Part shown: positions 23,721-37,580 of the stretch, piece by piece
Position numbering within the stretch: the stretch's first letter is position 1
How the letters are laid out: every line of letters starts with the position of its first letter
Assembly: GCA_030390025.1 (NCBI GenBank)
Contig: CM059432.1
Span: forward strand, 17,238,001 to 17,302,000
DNA: 64,000 bases
Reading direction: 5' to 3'
Source: Squalus acanthias
Taxonomy: Eukaryota
Program-made: the position numbers and the translations under genes
The notes under the pieces: generated by a model
What the model was told of the DNA's origin: nothing
Databases searched by the model: none
The model's input: only the letters and a program-made list of their open reading frames with translations

Positions 23721-26700
23721 TCATAGAATCATATTACTTTAAAATCTATGCCCCCTAGTTATTGACCTCTCTGCTAAGGGAAATAGGTTCTTCCTATCCA
23801 CTCTGTCTAGGCCCCTCATAATTTTATATACCTCAATTAAGTCTCCCATCAGCCTCCTCTGTTCCAAAAAACCCAACCCCAGCCTATCCAATCTTTCCTC
23901 ACAGCTAAAGTTCTCCAGTCCTGGCAACATCCTCATAAATCTCCTTTACCTTCTCTAGTGCAATCACATCTTTTCTGTATGTGGTGACCAGAACTGTACA
24001 CAGTACTCCAGCTGTGGCCTAACTAGTGTTTCATACAGTTCAAGCATAAACTCCCTGCTCTTGTATTCTAGGCCTTGGCTAATAAAGGAAAGTATTCCGT
24101 ATGCTTTCTTAACCACCTTATCTACCTGTCCTGCTACCTTCAGGGATCTGTGGACATGCACTCCAAGGTCCCTCTGTTCCTCTACACTTCTCAGTATCCT
24201 ACCATTTATTGTGTATTCCCTTGTCTTGTTAGCCCTCCCCAAATGCATTACCTCACTTCTCCAGATTGAATTCCATTTGCCACTTTTCTGCCCAGTTCAT
24301 TGTTATCTTCCTGCAGTCTACAGCTTTCTTCCTCACTATCAACCATATGGCCAATTTTTGTATCATCTGCAAACTTCTTAATCATGCCCCCTACATTGAA
24401 GTCTAAATCACATATATTGAGCCCTGCGAAACACCACTAGAAGGCTTCCTGCCACTGAGCCAATTTTGGATCCAACTTGCCACTTTCCTTTGGATCCCAT
24501 GGGCTTTTACTTTTCTGATCAGCCTGTTATGTGGGACCTTGTCAAAAGCCTTGTTAAAATCCATGTAGACTACATCAAATGCACTACCCTCACCTGAATT
24601 TGGAGGTAACAAGGAGGGCCAATCAAGTTAGTCAGACATGACCTTCCCGTAACAAATCCATGCCGACTGTCCTTGATTAATCCATTACTTTCTAAATGAC
24701 GATTTATACTGTCCCTCAAAGTTTTCCAATAATTTGCCCACCACTGAGGTTCGGCTGACTGGCCTGTAATTACTCGGTTTATCGCTTTCTCCCTTTTTAA
24801 GCAACGGTACTACATTAGCAGTCCTCCAGCACCATACCTGTAGCTAGAGGGATTGGAAAATGATGGGCCGAGCCTCTGCTATTTCCTCCCTTGCTTCGCT
24901 CAACAGCCTGGGATACATTTCATCCAGGTCTAGTGATTTATCTACTTTCAAAGATGCTAAACCTATTAATATTTCTTCTCACTATGTTTATCTCATCTAA
25001 TATCTCACACACCTCAACCAGTGTCTACATCATCCCTCTCTTTTGTGAAGACAGACATGAAGTATTCATCAAGAATCATACCCACATCTTCTGCCTCCAC
25101 ACACAAGTCGACAAATCCCAAGGACCGGATGACCTACATCCTAGGGTTTTGAAAGAGGTGGCCATTGGAATAGTGGACACATTGGTTGTCACCTTCCAAA
25201 ATTCTATAGATTCTGGAACGGTTCCTGCAGATTGGAGGATAGCAAATGTAACCCCGCTATTTAAGAAAGGAGGGAGAGAAAACAGGGAACAACAAACCTG
25301 TTAGCCTCATCAGTAGTTATGAAAATGCTGGAATCTATTATAAAGGATGCAATAACTGGGCACTTAGAAACTAAAGTGAGATTGGGTAGAGTCAACATGG
25401 ATTTATGAAAGGGAAATCCTGTTCGACAAACCTATTGGAGTTCTTGGAGGATGTAACTAGTGGAGTAGACAAAGGGGAACCGGTAGATGTGGTGTATCTG
25501 GATTTTCAGAAGGCCTTCGATAAGGTCCCACACAAGAGGTTGGTGAACAAAATTAGGGCACATGGAATTGGGGGTAATATACTAGCATGGATTGCGAATT
25601 GGTTAACAGACAGAAAACAAAGAGTAGGGATAAACAGGTCTTTTTCAGGATGGCAGGCTGTGACTAGTGGGGTACCACATGATCGGTGCTTGGGCCCTAG
25701 CTATTCACAATCTATATCAATGATTTGGATGAGGGGACTAAATGTAACATTTCCAAATTTGCTGATGATACAAAGCTAGGTTGCAGTGTCAGTTGCGAAG
25801 AGGATGTGAAGAGGCTTCAAGGGGACCTCGACAGGCTCAGTGAGTGGGCGAGAACATGGCAGATGGAATATAATGTGGATAAATGTGAAGTTATCCACAT
25901 TGGTAGAAAAAACAGAAAGGCAGAGTATTTCCTAAATGGTGAAAGATTGGGGAATGCAGATGCTCAAAAGGGACCTGGGTGTCCTTGTACATGAGTCACT
26001 GAAAGTGAATGTGCAGGTGCAGCATGCCATTAGGAAGGCATATGGTATGCTGGCCTTCATTACAAGAGGAATTGAGTACAGGAGTAAAGAAGTCTTACTC
26101 CAATTATATAGGGCCTTGGTGAGACCACACCTGGAGTACTGTGTACCATTTTGGTCTCCTTACCTAAGGAAGGATATACTTGCCATAGAGGGAGTGCAAC
26201 GAAGGTTCACGAGATTGATTCCTGGGATGGCGGGACTGTCGTAGGAGAAGAGATTGAGTAAACTAGGCCTGTATTCTCTTGAATTCAGAAGAATGAGAGA
26301 GGATCTCATTGAAGCATACAAAATTATTACAGGGCTTGATAGGATGGATGCTGGGAGAACGTTTCCCTTAGCTGGGGAGTCTAAAACCAGGGGCCACAGC
26401 CTCAGGATAAAGGGTAGGCCATTCAGGACTGAGATGAGAAGAAATTTCTTCAGAGGGTGGTGAATCTTTGGAATTCTCTACCCCAGAGGGCTGTGGAGGC
26501 TCAGTCATTGGGTATATTCAAAACAGAAGTCGATAGATTTCTGACTGGTAAGGGCATCAAGGGATATGGCGACAGGGCCGGTGAATGGAGTTGAGGCAGA
26601 AGATCAGCCATGATCTCATTGAATGGCGGAGCAGGCTCGAATGGCCTACTCCTGCTCCTATTTCTTATATGTTCTTGTTACCTTTTTGGTGTCTAATAGG

Positions 26701-27200
26701 CCCTAATTTTCTTCAGTTATCCTCTTGCCTTTTATGTATTTATAAAACATCTTGGGTTTTACTTTCCAATATTTTTGTCATACCCCCTCTGCTTTTCTAA
26801 TTTCACCCCTGCAATTTCTATACTCTAGGCTTTCTGTATTAGGAGCGCTCGTAGCTGACAAAAGCTTCCCTTTTTTTCCTTATCCTACCCTGTATGCCCC
26901 TTGACATCCAGGGGGCTCTAGATTTGGGAGCCCCACCGTTTTTCTTTCTGGGAACGTACTTGCTCTGAACCCTCACTATCTCCTCCTTGAATGCCTCCCA
27001 CTGCTCGGACACGGATTTACCTTCAAGCAGCTGTTTCCAGTCCACTTTTGCTAAATCACGTCTCAGCTTAGTAAAATTGGCCTTTTCCCCAATTGAGAAC
27101 TTTTACTCCTGGTCTTTGTCCTTTTCCATAACTACACTAAATCTAACCAAATTATGATCACTATCACCAAAATTCTCTCACTGATACCCCTTTCACCCGT
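23721..27200 (-). mobile_element. CR1 LINE (outer), interrupted by a younger CR1 at 25107-26676
   Basis: Minus-strand pieces LYETLVRPQLEYCVQFWSP, VVYMDFNKAFDKVPH, WEAFKEEIVRVQSKYVP. Sequence is continuous across the insert (cacacaa|gttacc). Confidence 0.9.
25107..26676 (+). mobile_element. CR1 LINE 3' 1.6 kb (inner, opposite orientation)
   Basis: GPDDLHPRVLKE, YLDFQKAFDKVPH, SKFADDTKLG, LYRALVRPHLEY. 3' tail ttcttatatgttctt. Confidence 0.95.
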
Positions 27201-30200
27201 CCAGCTTACTTAACAGTTAACGCAATAGCCAGTTTCCTATATCCAACTGCTCCCCCAGCACCCAAGTTCACAAAGGCACTCTACCCATTTGGGACCCAGC
27301 TCAGACAGCACAGCCCATCTAAAACTAACCTTTCAGAGATTCCCACGTCTCCAACCCGCCCAGCTCATACTGGCACTCTTCTGTAATCTAGTTAAGCTGG
27401 TGCTCTTCTTCGCCTCCCCCACCCAAGTTCATGCTGGCACACTCCCTCTGCATTCCTTTAGTTAATGCTGGCACTGTCCTTCCAACCCCATCCTAAAGGC
27501 TTCCTCCATCAAAGCACTGTTCCCACAATTATCATTTAATTGCCCTTGCTTTTATTAGCATTCATTTGCTCCCCTTCCATTGCCATCCCTCCTACCAGAC
27601 ACTGGCTGCTAAAGCACCAGGTCTCTTCTTTCCCTCTTCATCAACGGCAGCAATTGCAGCCTCTATATGCTGTAGGCTGGAACTATCATTTTCAAGAGTT
27701 TCTCCTTACAGTATAAAGTGGTGCAATCTCCATTAGTGGTGGGAGCAGCAGAGGAGACCCAGCCAATCCAGTTGAAAGTCAAACTTGGGTAGGACTGGGA
27801 TCATTTCCAAGCTCCTAAAATGCTGAAAGTCAGCATATACGTGAAGTGGTTACCAACAGGTTCAATCATGTACTGAACTACATCTCAGGCATTTGATTTA
27901 CAGCATCAAATTGCCCTATTTACATAATACAGAAAACAGAACTCTCTACAATGTGGTTTACATATCTCTAGCCCTGAGCATTTTTCCCACAAAATCAATT
28001 TGTAATAGCTTTCTGCTAGTTTAAGAGCTGAAACCATTTGCTAACATTTTGGGATTTTATGCTAGAGATTGTATTCTGCTAGTGTCACTGACCACTCCAC
28101 AAGTGGCCTTGACCTATGAACTTGAGTGAGTTACTTAATGGTAACTAGCTAAAAACTAAATAGCAAGTCAGTCAAACATAGTACCCTTGCCACTGCATTC
28201 TGGCTTTGTATAACCTTGTCTTTAGTAGGCAGATGAACATATATGACATCCAACCATGGCTCAGTCTTTAAACTAATTTATTTAACAGTAAATGAACAGT
28301 ACTCAGTACAAACAGTATATTTACTGTAGCTTACAAACTTCCTCAAAATGTCAAACAAATATGTTTCTACTGAGCTACTTCTCAACATAATTATTGAAGC
28401 ACTGGCACGCACTTAATGCAAATAAGTCACTGATGCAGCTCAGTTTTGCTGCTGGCCTCAAGCTGATTGACGAGATGGATGGCAGTCCCAGATGTGCTTG
28501 CACAGCCATAAAGCTGTCCAAAAAGAAGCAATAAACAGGCACCGACTTCTTGCGAAGGCAATACCCACAATGTCACCCTAAGCAAGCTGTCAATCAAAAT
28601 TACTCCAGAATATCAATCACCTAGCATTTTTGGAATGGTTTCATTCATCGTTCTGTGCCACTGCATTTGACCTTCCATAATTAATGTTGTCTTATCGTTG
28701 GTGGACACAGCAACAGATTGACATCAATAGCTGTATTAGCATATTAAACTCACTTTTGTTCAACTGGGACTTGCTGAAATTGTACTGATGTAGCCATGGT
28801 CAAATAATGGGATGAATAATTTCATACTAGTAATACAGAAATGGACATGGATAGTATCTATAGATCATAGAATGTAAGATCACAGCAGTTAAACTGTCAG
28901 CTAAATTATGAGGTAATATTACCTGCATTATTTAATTTAACCCTATTTCACTTAACGTTTACCAGGATAGAAGGGGAAAAAAAAGCTTTCCAGCATTGTT
29001 CAACCCTTTTCTATTGTTGAAATGCGATAGGTCAGGGCAATTCTATTTCCATAAACACGTCAACGCAGTCACACTGAACAATACTAGGAACTAGATCCTC
29101 TACTTTTTCCCAGGACAAGGCTGAAGTAGTCCAGGAGGTGGTGTTATGCATTTCTCACGTCTCAGCTGAGAATCAACAGTTTTAAGACTATATTTTGTAG
29201 GTCTACATACACCCAAAACACATTCAGCCATGAGGAAGTTTTGAACAAGCCTATTTACTTTGGCATGTGTGGTTTTAAAATGTTTTGCTTGAAACAGCTT
29301 AACAACAGACCTGTTGTTGTAAATAAGCAAATAGATGATACATTACTTAGTAATGGAAGTAAAAAGTTAATCCAGGTTGTTTTTTTTTTTAAAGTGAAAA
29401 AATGATACATCTAAATACATTTTTGAAATACCAGTTTACCAAATGTTGATACAAATCAGGAGTGGTCCAAGAGCCAAAAGATCACTATTTGAGAGGCTGC
29501 AAATGCTTTTATTTAAAAAAAAATAACTGTCGAGTCACTGACTCACTTGTCAGCACAGTTCTAGAACTAACTAATTCAGTGCAGAGAACACACACACACT
29601 AATGGATATTTAAATTATAAGGTAGCAACATAATCGTGTGTTATCAAAAAGAGATTAGTTACTGGTTAACTATAAAGGTCAGAGCTCTTTTAACCATCAT
29701 TCCGAATTCAAGATGCTACATTTTTTGCAGTATTACTGGGTTAGTTGTTAAGGGAACTTCTCTACTGTATTCATTACAAGATCCTCTTTAGCAACGTCAC
29801 AAAGGCAGCAATTGCAATTCGGCTATTTGACGGAGCAAACCCAACTGCTGCCCCATTTATTTAAATTACATTTGAAAGGTTGTTGCTAATAAAAATACAA
29901 TATTAGAAGTACTCCCAGCCATGCCAATTCTTAAGGGCACTTACTATGAACATTAAGCTTCTGTTACATTTGGATCATACTTCCTGTATAATTACCTACC
30001 AATTTATTGTGGGTTACAATATTATGGAACAAAGATTAAAATCCTACTACACACATTAATAATCATGAGGAGACCAATATATAATCATTGACTGCAAGTT
30101 AGCAATTACCGAAGATATTGGAAGTAAACAAGCTAAATAGTAAGCAACACAGTTTCTCTGCTTGGTGAATTCAGCCGGTGTTTACAGAAATGGAAAAAAA

Positions 30201-30676
30201 GTTCAAAAAATTGGGTATTCATCAAGAACTGTAAATCAAATTTCTATTTAGAAATAAAAATATGCAGAGGAGAGAAGTACAGTTGTGATCTTCTCAATAG
30301 TGGTATTAGACTGGATAGTATGTCCAGATGCAATCCTAAAACCCTGGAGGCATAAGTTACATTAAAATCGGTAGATGAGAGCAATACAGAATATCACCTG
30401 CAAGGTCTTGGGAATTTTATGTTTTCTTATTCAAAATTAGTTTCTAAAAAGTGGTATGCATACTTGCTGTATTAAAGCTGCAGATATTTACTGCATTATT
30501 CTTAAATCAGCTGTCCTATTACATAAAGTGTAAACAGTCAGTGTGTGTAGAAATAGCCTATGTATAAATAACACCAGCCTAGTCCCAATATTTAGGTCCA
30601 TATAGCTGATCTGCTGAATTATAGAAAGACATTTGCAGAGGCATTTTATAGTCTTGCTTAGATTCTTAGCACTCAC

Positions 30677-30908
30677 CTATCTGCAACAATACTGGCGTTA
30701 CCAAGGCAGTTTCCATAGCATAACAGAACTCCCTGCCAAACATCACTGCACCGTGCATCACCCATAATTTGACAGGAATGCGATCGATGGACCCCTCACT
30801 AACAGTTTCATCACCATTCTCCTTGTCTTCCTTCTTTTTCAATTTTGTGGTTAATTCTTGTGCTTGCATAGATTCTGTGTCATCATTCTGTGGAGCCATT
30901 GCTGCCAT
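30677..30908 (-). CDS. SLC45A4: SLC45A4 first coding exon (232 coding bp); MFS transporter of the SLC45 family
   Basis: [19 protein letters not shown]...[44 protein letters not shown](G), characteristic of the SLC45A4 N-terminus. G|GTGAGT donor, phase 1. The second ATG (30897-30899, MAPQN) has better Kozak context and may be the true start. Confidence 0.96.
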
Positions 30909-31225
30909 AAAAAAATAGAATGTGCGCTTTTTTGGGGGAAAAAAGCTTAATTTAAGTCCTTTCCTCTAGTTTTCTGTTTCAGTTGTAGGCTTAGTACTTT
31001 TCTTCCACAATTTCCTTCAAATGTATTCAAAAAACCATGCACCAAAAGAAAGCTATTTGGTAGAAACTTTGGATTATGGCTTGTTTATTGTCTATTAAAA
31101 ATCCATATTAATTGCCATTCAGTTAATACTAGTTTCATTATAGAAGAGGTGTTTTCTTTGCAGTATAGAGATGGGAAGGCGACACAAAGAGCTGGTCCTC
31201 TGTTACTCCCCATCGAGCGACTGTT
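30909..31225 (-). other. SLC45A4: SLC45A4 5' UTR portion of the first coding exon
   Basis: Strong acceptor tttttcttccctttttatgttgcag| at 31250-31226 implies an upstream non-coding exon, which I could not locate. Confidence 0.7.
31085..31213 (-). promoter_or_regulatory. Candidate 42-codon upstream ORF in the SLC45A4 leader
   Basis: ATG at 31213-31211 reads MGSNRGPALCVAFPSLYCKENTSSIMKLVLTEWQLIWIFNRQ*, within the inferred 5' UTR. Confidence 0.5.
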
Positions 31226-31699
31226 CTGCAACATAAAAAGGGAAGAAAAAGTGAATCTCAATGATACAGTACAGGAGGCCATTCAGCCCATCGTGTCTAT
31301 GCTGGAAGATATGTGGATAGGTTTTAAAAGATACCTACATTAAAGTATTATAAAAGCTATTTTAAAGGTAAACTAGAAGCTATAGCAGAACACGATCCCA
31401 AAAGTTGTAACTATAACCAACTGCAATAAAAGGACAGACATCTCAAAATTTGACCTTGGTCGTCGAGAGCAGAGTAAGGCATCAAGAAACTGTGGCGTCC
31501 ATGAGCAAATCAGAGGTTTACGTAGCCTAACGTGCTCCAGTAACCTGTGCAAGTGCTTATTCTACATCTGAAGTTCAGCATATAGGGACCACTCCAAGAC
31601 TATATTTTTTGGGAAAGAGCTCCAGTAGCAGGGAGTATTTTGTAAAGGTTCATTGTAGATACTCAACATGATCGTCATCAAGAGTTACATAGGTTGTCT

Positions 31700-32665
31700 A
31701 CATGCTGCCCCTCGGTGACATCATCTGAAATCAGGTTCCACATGTATGCTGATGACATTCAGCTCTATCTCAACACCACCTCCCTTGACCCCTCCACAGT
31801 CGGATTTGTCCCACTGCCTGTTTGACATCTAGTATCGGATGAGCAGAAATTTCTTTCAACTAAATATTGGGAAGACTGAAGCCTTCCCTGAAGACTGAAT
31901 TGTTTTTGGCCCCTGCCACAAACTCCATTCCCTGACCACTGCTTTCATCCCTGTTCCCTGGCAACTGTCTGAAGCTGAGCCAGACCATTCACAACACTAG
32001 TGTTGTTTGACCCCAAGATGAGCTTCCAACCACATAGCCACTCCATCACCAAAACTGCCCACTTCCACCTCCATAACAATGCCCGACTCTGACCCTAGCT
32101 CAGCTCATCTGCTGCTGAAACCCTCATACATGCCTTTGTTACCTCTAGACTTGAATATTCCAATGGTCTTCTGACTGGGGCGCCATCTTCCAGCTTACAT
32201 AAACTTGCGCTCATCCAAAACTCTGCTACGTGAATAGTAACTCACACCAAGCCTCATTCACCCAGAACCCACGCTTGCTAATCTACACTGGCTCCCGGTC
32301 TGGCAACACCTCAATTTTTAAATCCTCATCCCGTTTTCAAATCCCTCCTTGGCCTCGCCCCTCTCCATCTCTGTAACCTCTCCAGCCCTGCAAGCCTTCG
32401 TGATCTCTTGCGAATCCCTGATTTTAAAATTGCTCCACCATTAGCGGCCATGCTTTCAGCTGCCTTGGCCTCAAGCTCTGGAATTCCCTCCCTAAACCTC
32501 TCCGCCTCTCTACGATGCTCCTTAAAACCTACCTTTTGACCAAGCTTTTGTCCTGGTATCTCTTGTGGCTTGGTGTCAAAATTTTTTGTTGATAACTCTC
32601 TCGTTAAGCATCTTGGGACTTTTTACTACGTTAAAGGTGTTATATAAATGCAAGTAGTTGTTGTA
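31700..32665 (+). mobile_element. L2 LINE 3' fragment
   Basis: FHMYADDIQLYL, LNIGKTE, LIHAFVTSRLEY, LHWLPV remnants. Tail tatataaatgcaagtagttgttg. Confidence 0.88.
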
Positions 32666-32789
32666 GGTTCTGCATCATCTAAGTGATATTGATCCTTTCT
32701 GCACCAAGTATGTACTGTCTGAACATTAAAGGAGGTTTGTTTCCTTTAAATTGGCAACACGTATTATAATTCGAAAACTCAATGAACCG

Positions 32790-34530
32790 GACATACAAGT
32801 TACAACACAAACAAGCCGCTTGGCCCAACCAGTCCATATTAGCATTTACCCTCCACGGAAGAATAGTTTTAAATCGCATTTACCATTCTGATATACCTTT
32901 ATTGTCTTTTCTTTCATGGACCTATCCAAACTAATCTAATAGTTTCTTCCTCAACCACTAACCCTGGAAGTGAATTCCACAGCCTCAACTCTGAAGACGT
33001 TTCTCTTGCTCTCCGTTCCAATTCTTTTACATTTAATATTGTATCTATTGCCCATGTTCTAGACCTCTCAATTACTGGAAACAGGTTGCTTCTGTCTACC
33101 CTGTTCCTTCCTTTCATAATTTTATTCCATATCTCACAACCTGCACTGTTCTAATGAAAATAAAATGCATTGCACAGTGGGTTCCATGGTCACGGTGACA
33201 TGCAGGCTTGTATAGCTCTGCCTCATCTGTCAAAAAAAGTCACCAGCCGCCACTATTAAATAATAAATTATACCTCCTATTTTGGCATCTTCTGCAACAC
33301 AACTCCTCTAGGCCTGTATCCAGATAATTGATATACATTGCGAACAGACATGGCCCCTAAACTGAACTCCGTGGGACACCACTACCGGCCACCATAAAAA
33401 CTGCCCAACTCCCACTGTCTTTTCCCTTCTAACCAATTTTAATTCCCGTTTGCTATCCTCCCCTAATTCCATGCTCCTTAATCTTCTCTACTAATCATTC
33501 ACGTGGTGTCTTGTCAAAAGGTGTTCCTAAAGTCCACATACACTGCATTTTACCCCTCTGTCAAGCACAATTGTCTCTAATCTGTGCCGGTTACTTCTAT
33601 CTAGTTATGTGGTAATTTCATTCTTAAGTTTTGAAAATTTTCCTTACCACAGATGTCAAGCTAACTGACTTGTAATTAACCAGAGTAGCTGCCTCCTTTT
33701 TAAAAATGGGTACTAAAATTGGCCAGTACCCAGACTTCCAGCACATAACTAACTCAATAGAACCCTGAAATACAATTTCTCAGTCCTTTGCAATTTACTT
33801 CCTGATCTCTCTCAGGACCCAGAGACGTATTCTGTTGTGTACTGGTGTTGTGTCTTCCTTTAGCCAATTTAGCTAATATTTTACTTTTATTCATCACAAT
33901 TGCTCATTTTGCATTCAACCTCTTCAGCATTCACCTCTTCAGATATCCTTATCTTCATTGGCTGTGAAGCACTTTGGGATGTCCTGCGGTCATGAAAGGC
34001 ACTATAAAAATACAAGTCTTTCCTTTTTTAGTAAAGACCAATATGAAGTACTTACTAAATACCTTCGTCATTTTTTGTAATCTATTTCATTCCCACAATG
34101 AGTCTATACTACACACCTAAACGTAACAAGGTTCGAGCCATCTCTGCTTTGTTGGCGCTATTGATATTTATTTGATGGCCCTACCCACAGTCCTCAATTT
34201 CTCCACAGGAAGCTACAGCTTCAAATCTGTTGAGAATAGGAGCTCCAAGCACTCCTGTTCTAAACTCATTCTTGCCTTTCCCTACCCCTCGGATAGTCAC
34301 CGGTCTTGCCCCTTCCACTGACTGCTCCCCATCGCTCAGTGGTGTGACTACCCTCACAAACCCTTGCTTGAAAAACTCATGTCTGATCGTCTCCATTTCC
34401 TTCAAGTGAGATTGTAAGCTCAAGCAGAGATGGCGACTTTCCCACAGATGCGTTTGGACAAGTCAACACAAGGTGCTCAGAACTCACATCTAGCAGGAAT
34501 GGCATCACTTTCCCTTCCTGTGGTGCCAAT
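32790..34530 (-). mobile_element. Heavily deleted old CR1 including an ORF1 N-terminal remnant
   Basis: 3' end and RT remnants at 32790-33860. ORF 34181-34423 (ETIRHE...VVTP...ILNRFEAV) resembles the CR1 ORF1 N-terminal region. Confidence 0.6.
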
Positions 34531-35434
34531 ATTGGATTTAGTTAGGTTGTTCTACTTTAAAGTTTCTCACTTGTGTATAATATCAGCTAGTATACTTAGC
34601 ACTTCCTTCCTGCTCTGCACCCAATTCCAACACTCAAATTTTCACTTTAGAAGTCCTTATACCACTCGGGCAGTTACTAACTAAATATATATATATCTAT
34701 CTATCTTTTGGTGACTCACCAATACCAAGCTAGATTTGCTCACAGCTTGTAGTTGAATCCTGATAAATGGAGCATGTTACATAAACTGGCCAGGGGAGAA
34801 TAATTTGGATTCAGGGCTTACTTCTGCAATCATTTTCATTTAGAAAGATATTCTAAATCAAGCAAGCAATCAATCTATACCATGTGCATCTTCCTCATCA
34901 GCTGTGCTGAAATACATTACTGAAATCTATGGTAAATGGAAGTTCAAAGTCAAGACCATCAAAGCCATAATAAGGTTTACAGGATGGGGTTGTGACGTCA
35001 AATGAGGTTTATCACTCAAGCCATTTTGAAGAAATTAGAATTTTTCCGACCATTATGGCACAACTCTGAGAATGACTACCAACCAAGGCAGTGACTGCTG
35101 ACAGTTTCCTCAGCTTACACTGCTAATTTGCAATAAACCAGTTTAGCTGTCGCAGCACTTTCAATATAGCCAAGCTTCACTTCGGTATTTGAGAATTTTC
35201 TACAATCAAGTAATTTTGATCAGGAGTCACATGCAAAAAAAAACCACAAAATGTGTTGCCTGTATACAGTTCCTTCCAAGTGCATAAGCAAATACAAAGA
35301 GGCAATATAAAGAGTCACAGCGGTTTCACAAAGCAAACACTACTTTCCAAATATTATTTTCAGTGTGGCATCATGAAGAAAACCTTCGTATGGCATATTT
35401 CTTTGACTGGGTTTATCTGTTCACATTAAAACAA

Positions 35435-37580
35435 TTACTCTCACTCTGGCCGTTCCCCCTGGTACGGCCCTCATCTTCGCTCCCTTAAGTCCAAGTGACG
35501 CAGACTTGAACGGATATGGCGGACAACGGTTTAGCCATTCACTGCCAGATCTGGCTGGACCACATAAAGCATTATTGGGTCATGCTGTTGTCTGCCAAAA
35601 TTGTTCACTATTCCAGAATCATTCTGGAATGCAAAGATAAACCCCGGCTTCTATTCTCCACTGCTAACCATTTTCTTAAACCCCTCTCCCTGGTCTCCTC
35701 CACCCCCACCTCCGACAAGTATGAGGAGCTCATGGACTTTTGTCTCTAAAATTGAGACCATCCGTTCAGTTGCCTCGGCCACTACCCTTCCTTCCCCTAG
35801 CCCACCGGGCCAAACTTCCTCCAAGGTGCTCCCCCTGCCCTAGCCCTGAACTCACATCTTTCTCCAGTTTCTTGCCGATCTTCCCTCATGACCTCTCCGC
35901 GCTCATCTTGTTCATGAGACCCACTTCCTGCTCCCTCGACCCCATTCCCACCAAATTGCTGACCACCCAACTTCCTTTTCTGGCTCCCACGTTAGCCGAC
36001 ATTGTTAACTGTTCCCTCTCATCAGATACTGTCCTCCTTTCCCTCAAATCTGCCGTCATCATCCCGCTCCTCAAAAAACCAACCCTTGACCCCTCCGTCC
36101 TTGCAAACTGCCGCCCCATCTCCAATCTCCCTTTCCCTTCCAAAGTCCTTGAATGTGTTGTCGCCTCCCAAATCCGTGCCCATCTTTCCCGCAACTCCAT
36201 GTTTGAATCCCTCCAATCAGGTTTCCGCCCCTGCCACAGTACCAAAACAGCTCTCAGTCACAAATGACATCCTTTGTGACTGTGACAAAGGTAAACTATC
36301 CCCCCTTGCCCTTCTTGACTTGTTTGCAGCCTTTGACACTGTTGACTACTCCCATCCTTCAACGCCTCTCCACCGTTGTCCAGCTGGGTGGGACTGCACT
36401 CGCCTGGTTCCATTCTTATCTATCTAATCGCAGCCACAGAATCATCTATCTAATCACAGCCACAGAATCAGACTTCTCTTCCCGCTCCCGCATCATTACC
36501 TCTGGTGTCCCCCAAGGATCTATCCTTGGCCCTCCCATTTCTCATCTACAAGCTGCCCCTTGGCAACATCATCCGAAAACACAGCGTCAGTTTCCACATG
36601 TATGCCGACGACATAGAAACTAGGAGCAGGAGTAGGCCATTCGGCCCGTCGAGCCTGCTCCACCATTCAATACGATCATGGCTGATCATCCAAATCCAGT
36701 ACCCTGTCCCTGCTTTCTCACACAGAATCCCCATCGAGCCTGCACCGACACATATCCCACCCTATCCCTGTAACCCCACGTATTTAATTCCCCTTAACAT
36801 ATCCCATCCTATCCCTGTAACCCCACATATTTAATCCCCCCCTAACACGAAGGGTCAATTTATCATAGCCAAATCAACCTAACCCGCACATTTTTGGACA
36901 CCCAGCTCTACCTCACCACCACTTCTCTCGACCCCTCCACGGTCTCTGTCAGACTGCTTGCCCAACATCCAGTTCTGGGAAGACCGAAGCCATGGTTTTC
37001 AGTCCGCACCACAAACTCCGTTCCCTAGCCACTGACTCCATCCCTCTCCCTAGCATCAGTCTTAGGCTGAACCACACTGTTTGCTGAACCACACTGTTTG
37101 CAAACTTGGTGTCATTTGACCCTGAAATGAGCTTCCAACCACATATCCGCAGCATAACTAAGACCGCCTATTTCCACCTCTGACATCGCCCGTCTCTGCC
37201 CTTGCCTCAGCTAATCCGCTGCTGAACCCCTCATCCATGCCTTTGTTACCTCTAGACTTGACTATTCCAACGTACTCCTGGCTGGCCTCCCACAATCTAC
37301 CCTACGCAAACTTGGTCATCCAAAACTCGGCTGCTCGTGTCCTAACTCGCACCAAGTCCCGTTCACCCATCACCCCTGTGCTCGCTGCCCTACATTGGCT
37401 CCCGGTTAAGCAACACCTTGACTTCAAAATTCTCATCCATGGCCTCACCTTTCCCCCCACCCAAAGCTATCAGCACTCCTAATTCTGCCCTCAAGCATCC
37501 CGGATTATAAAATCACTCAACCATTGGTGGCCATGCCTTCTGGTGCCTAGGCCCTAAGCTCTGGAATTCCCTACCTAAAC
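35435..37580 (+). mobile_element. L2 LINE ORF2 (RT), frameshifted, interrupted at 36614-36896
   Basis: PTSCSLDPIPTKLL, PLLKKPTLDPSVLANCRPISNLPFPSKVLE, LQSGFRPCHST, LLDLFAAFDTVD, GVPQGSILGP, MYADD|TQLYL, IQNSAARVLT, LHWLPVKQ. Confidence 0.95.
36614..36896 (-). mobile_element. Chimeric V-SINE 3' part fused to a CR1 3' end
   Basis: About 36720-36896 matches the V-SINE at 20410-20535 (reverse complement); 36614-36720 matches the CR1 3' end at 59350-59465. gaca flanks both sides. Confidence 0.8.

Noticed and set aside
36415..37102. Short direct repeats (about 26, 47 and 17 bp) as an array or CRISPR
   Set aside because: Isolated two-copy tandem duplications within retroelement relics, with no repeat-spacer periodicity, in a eukaryotic context.
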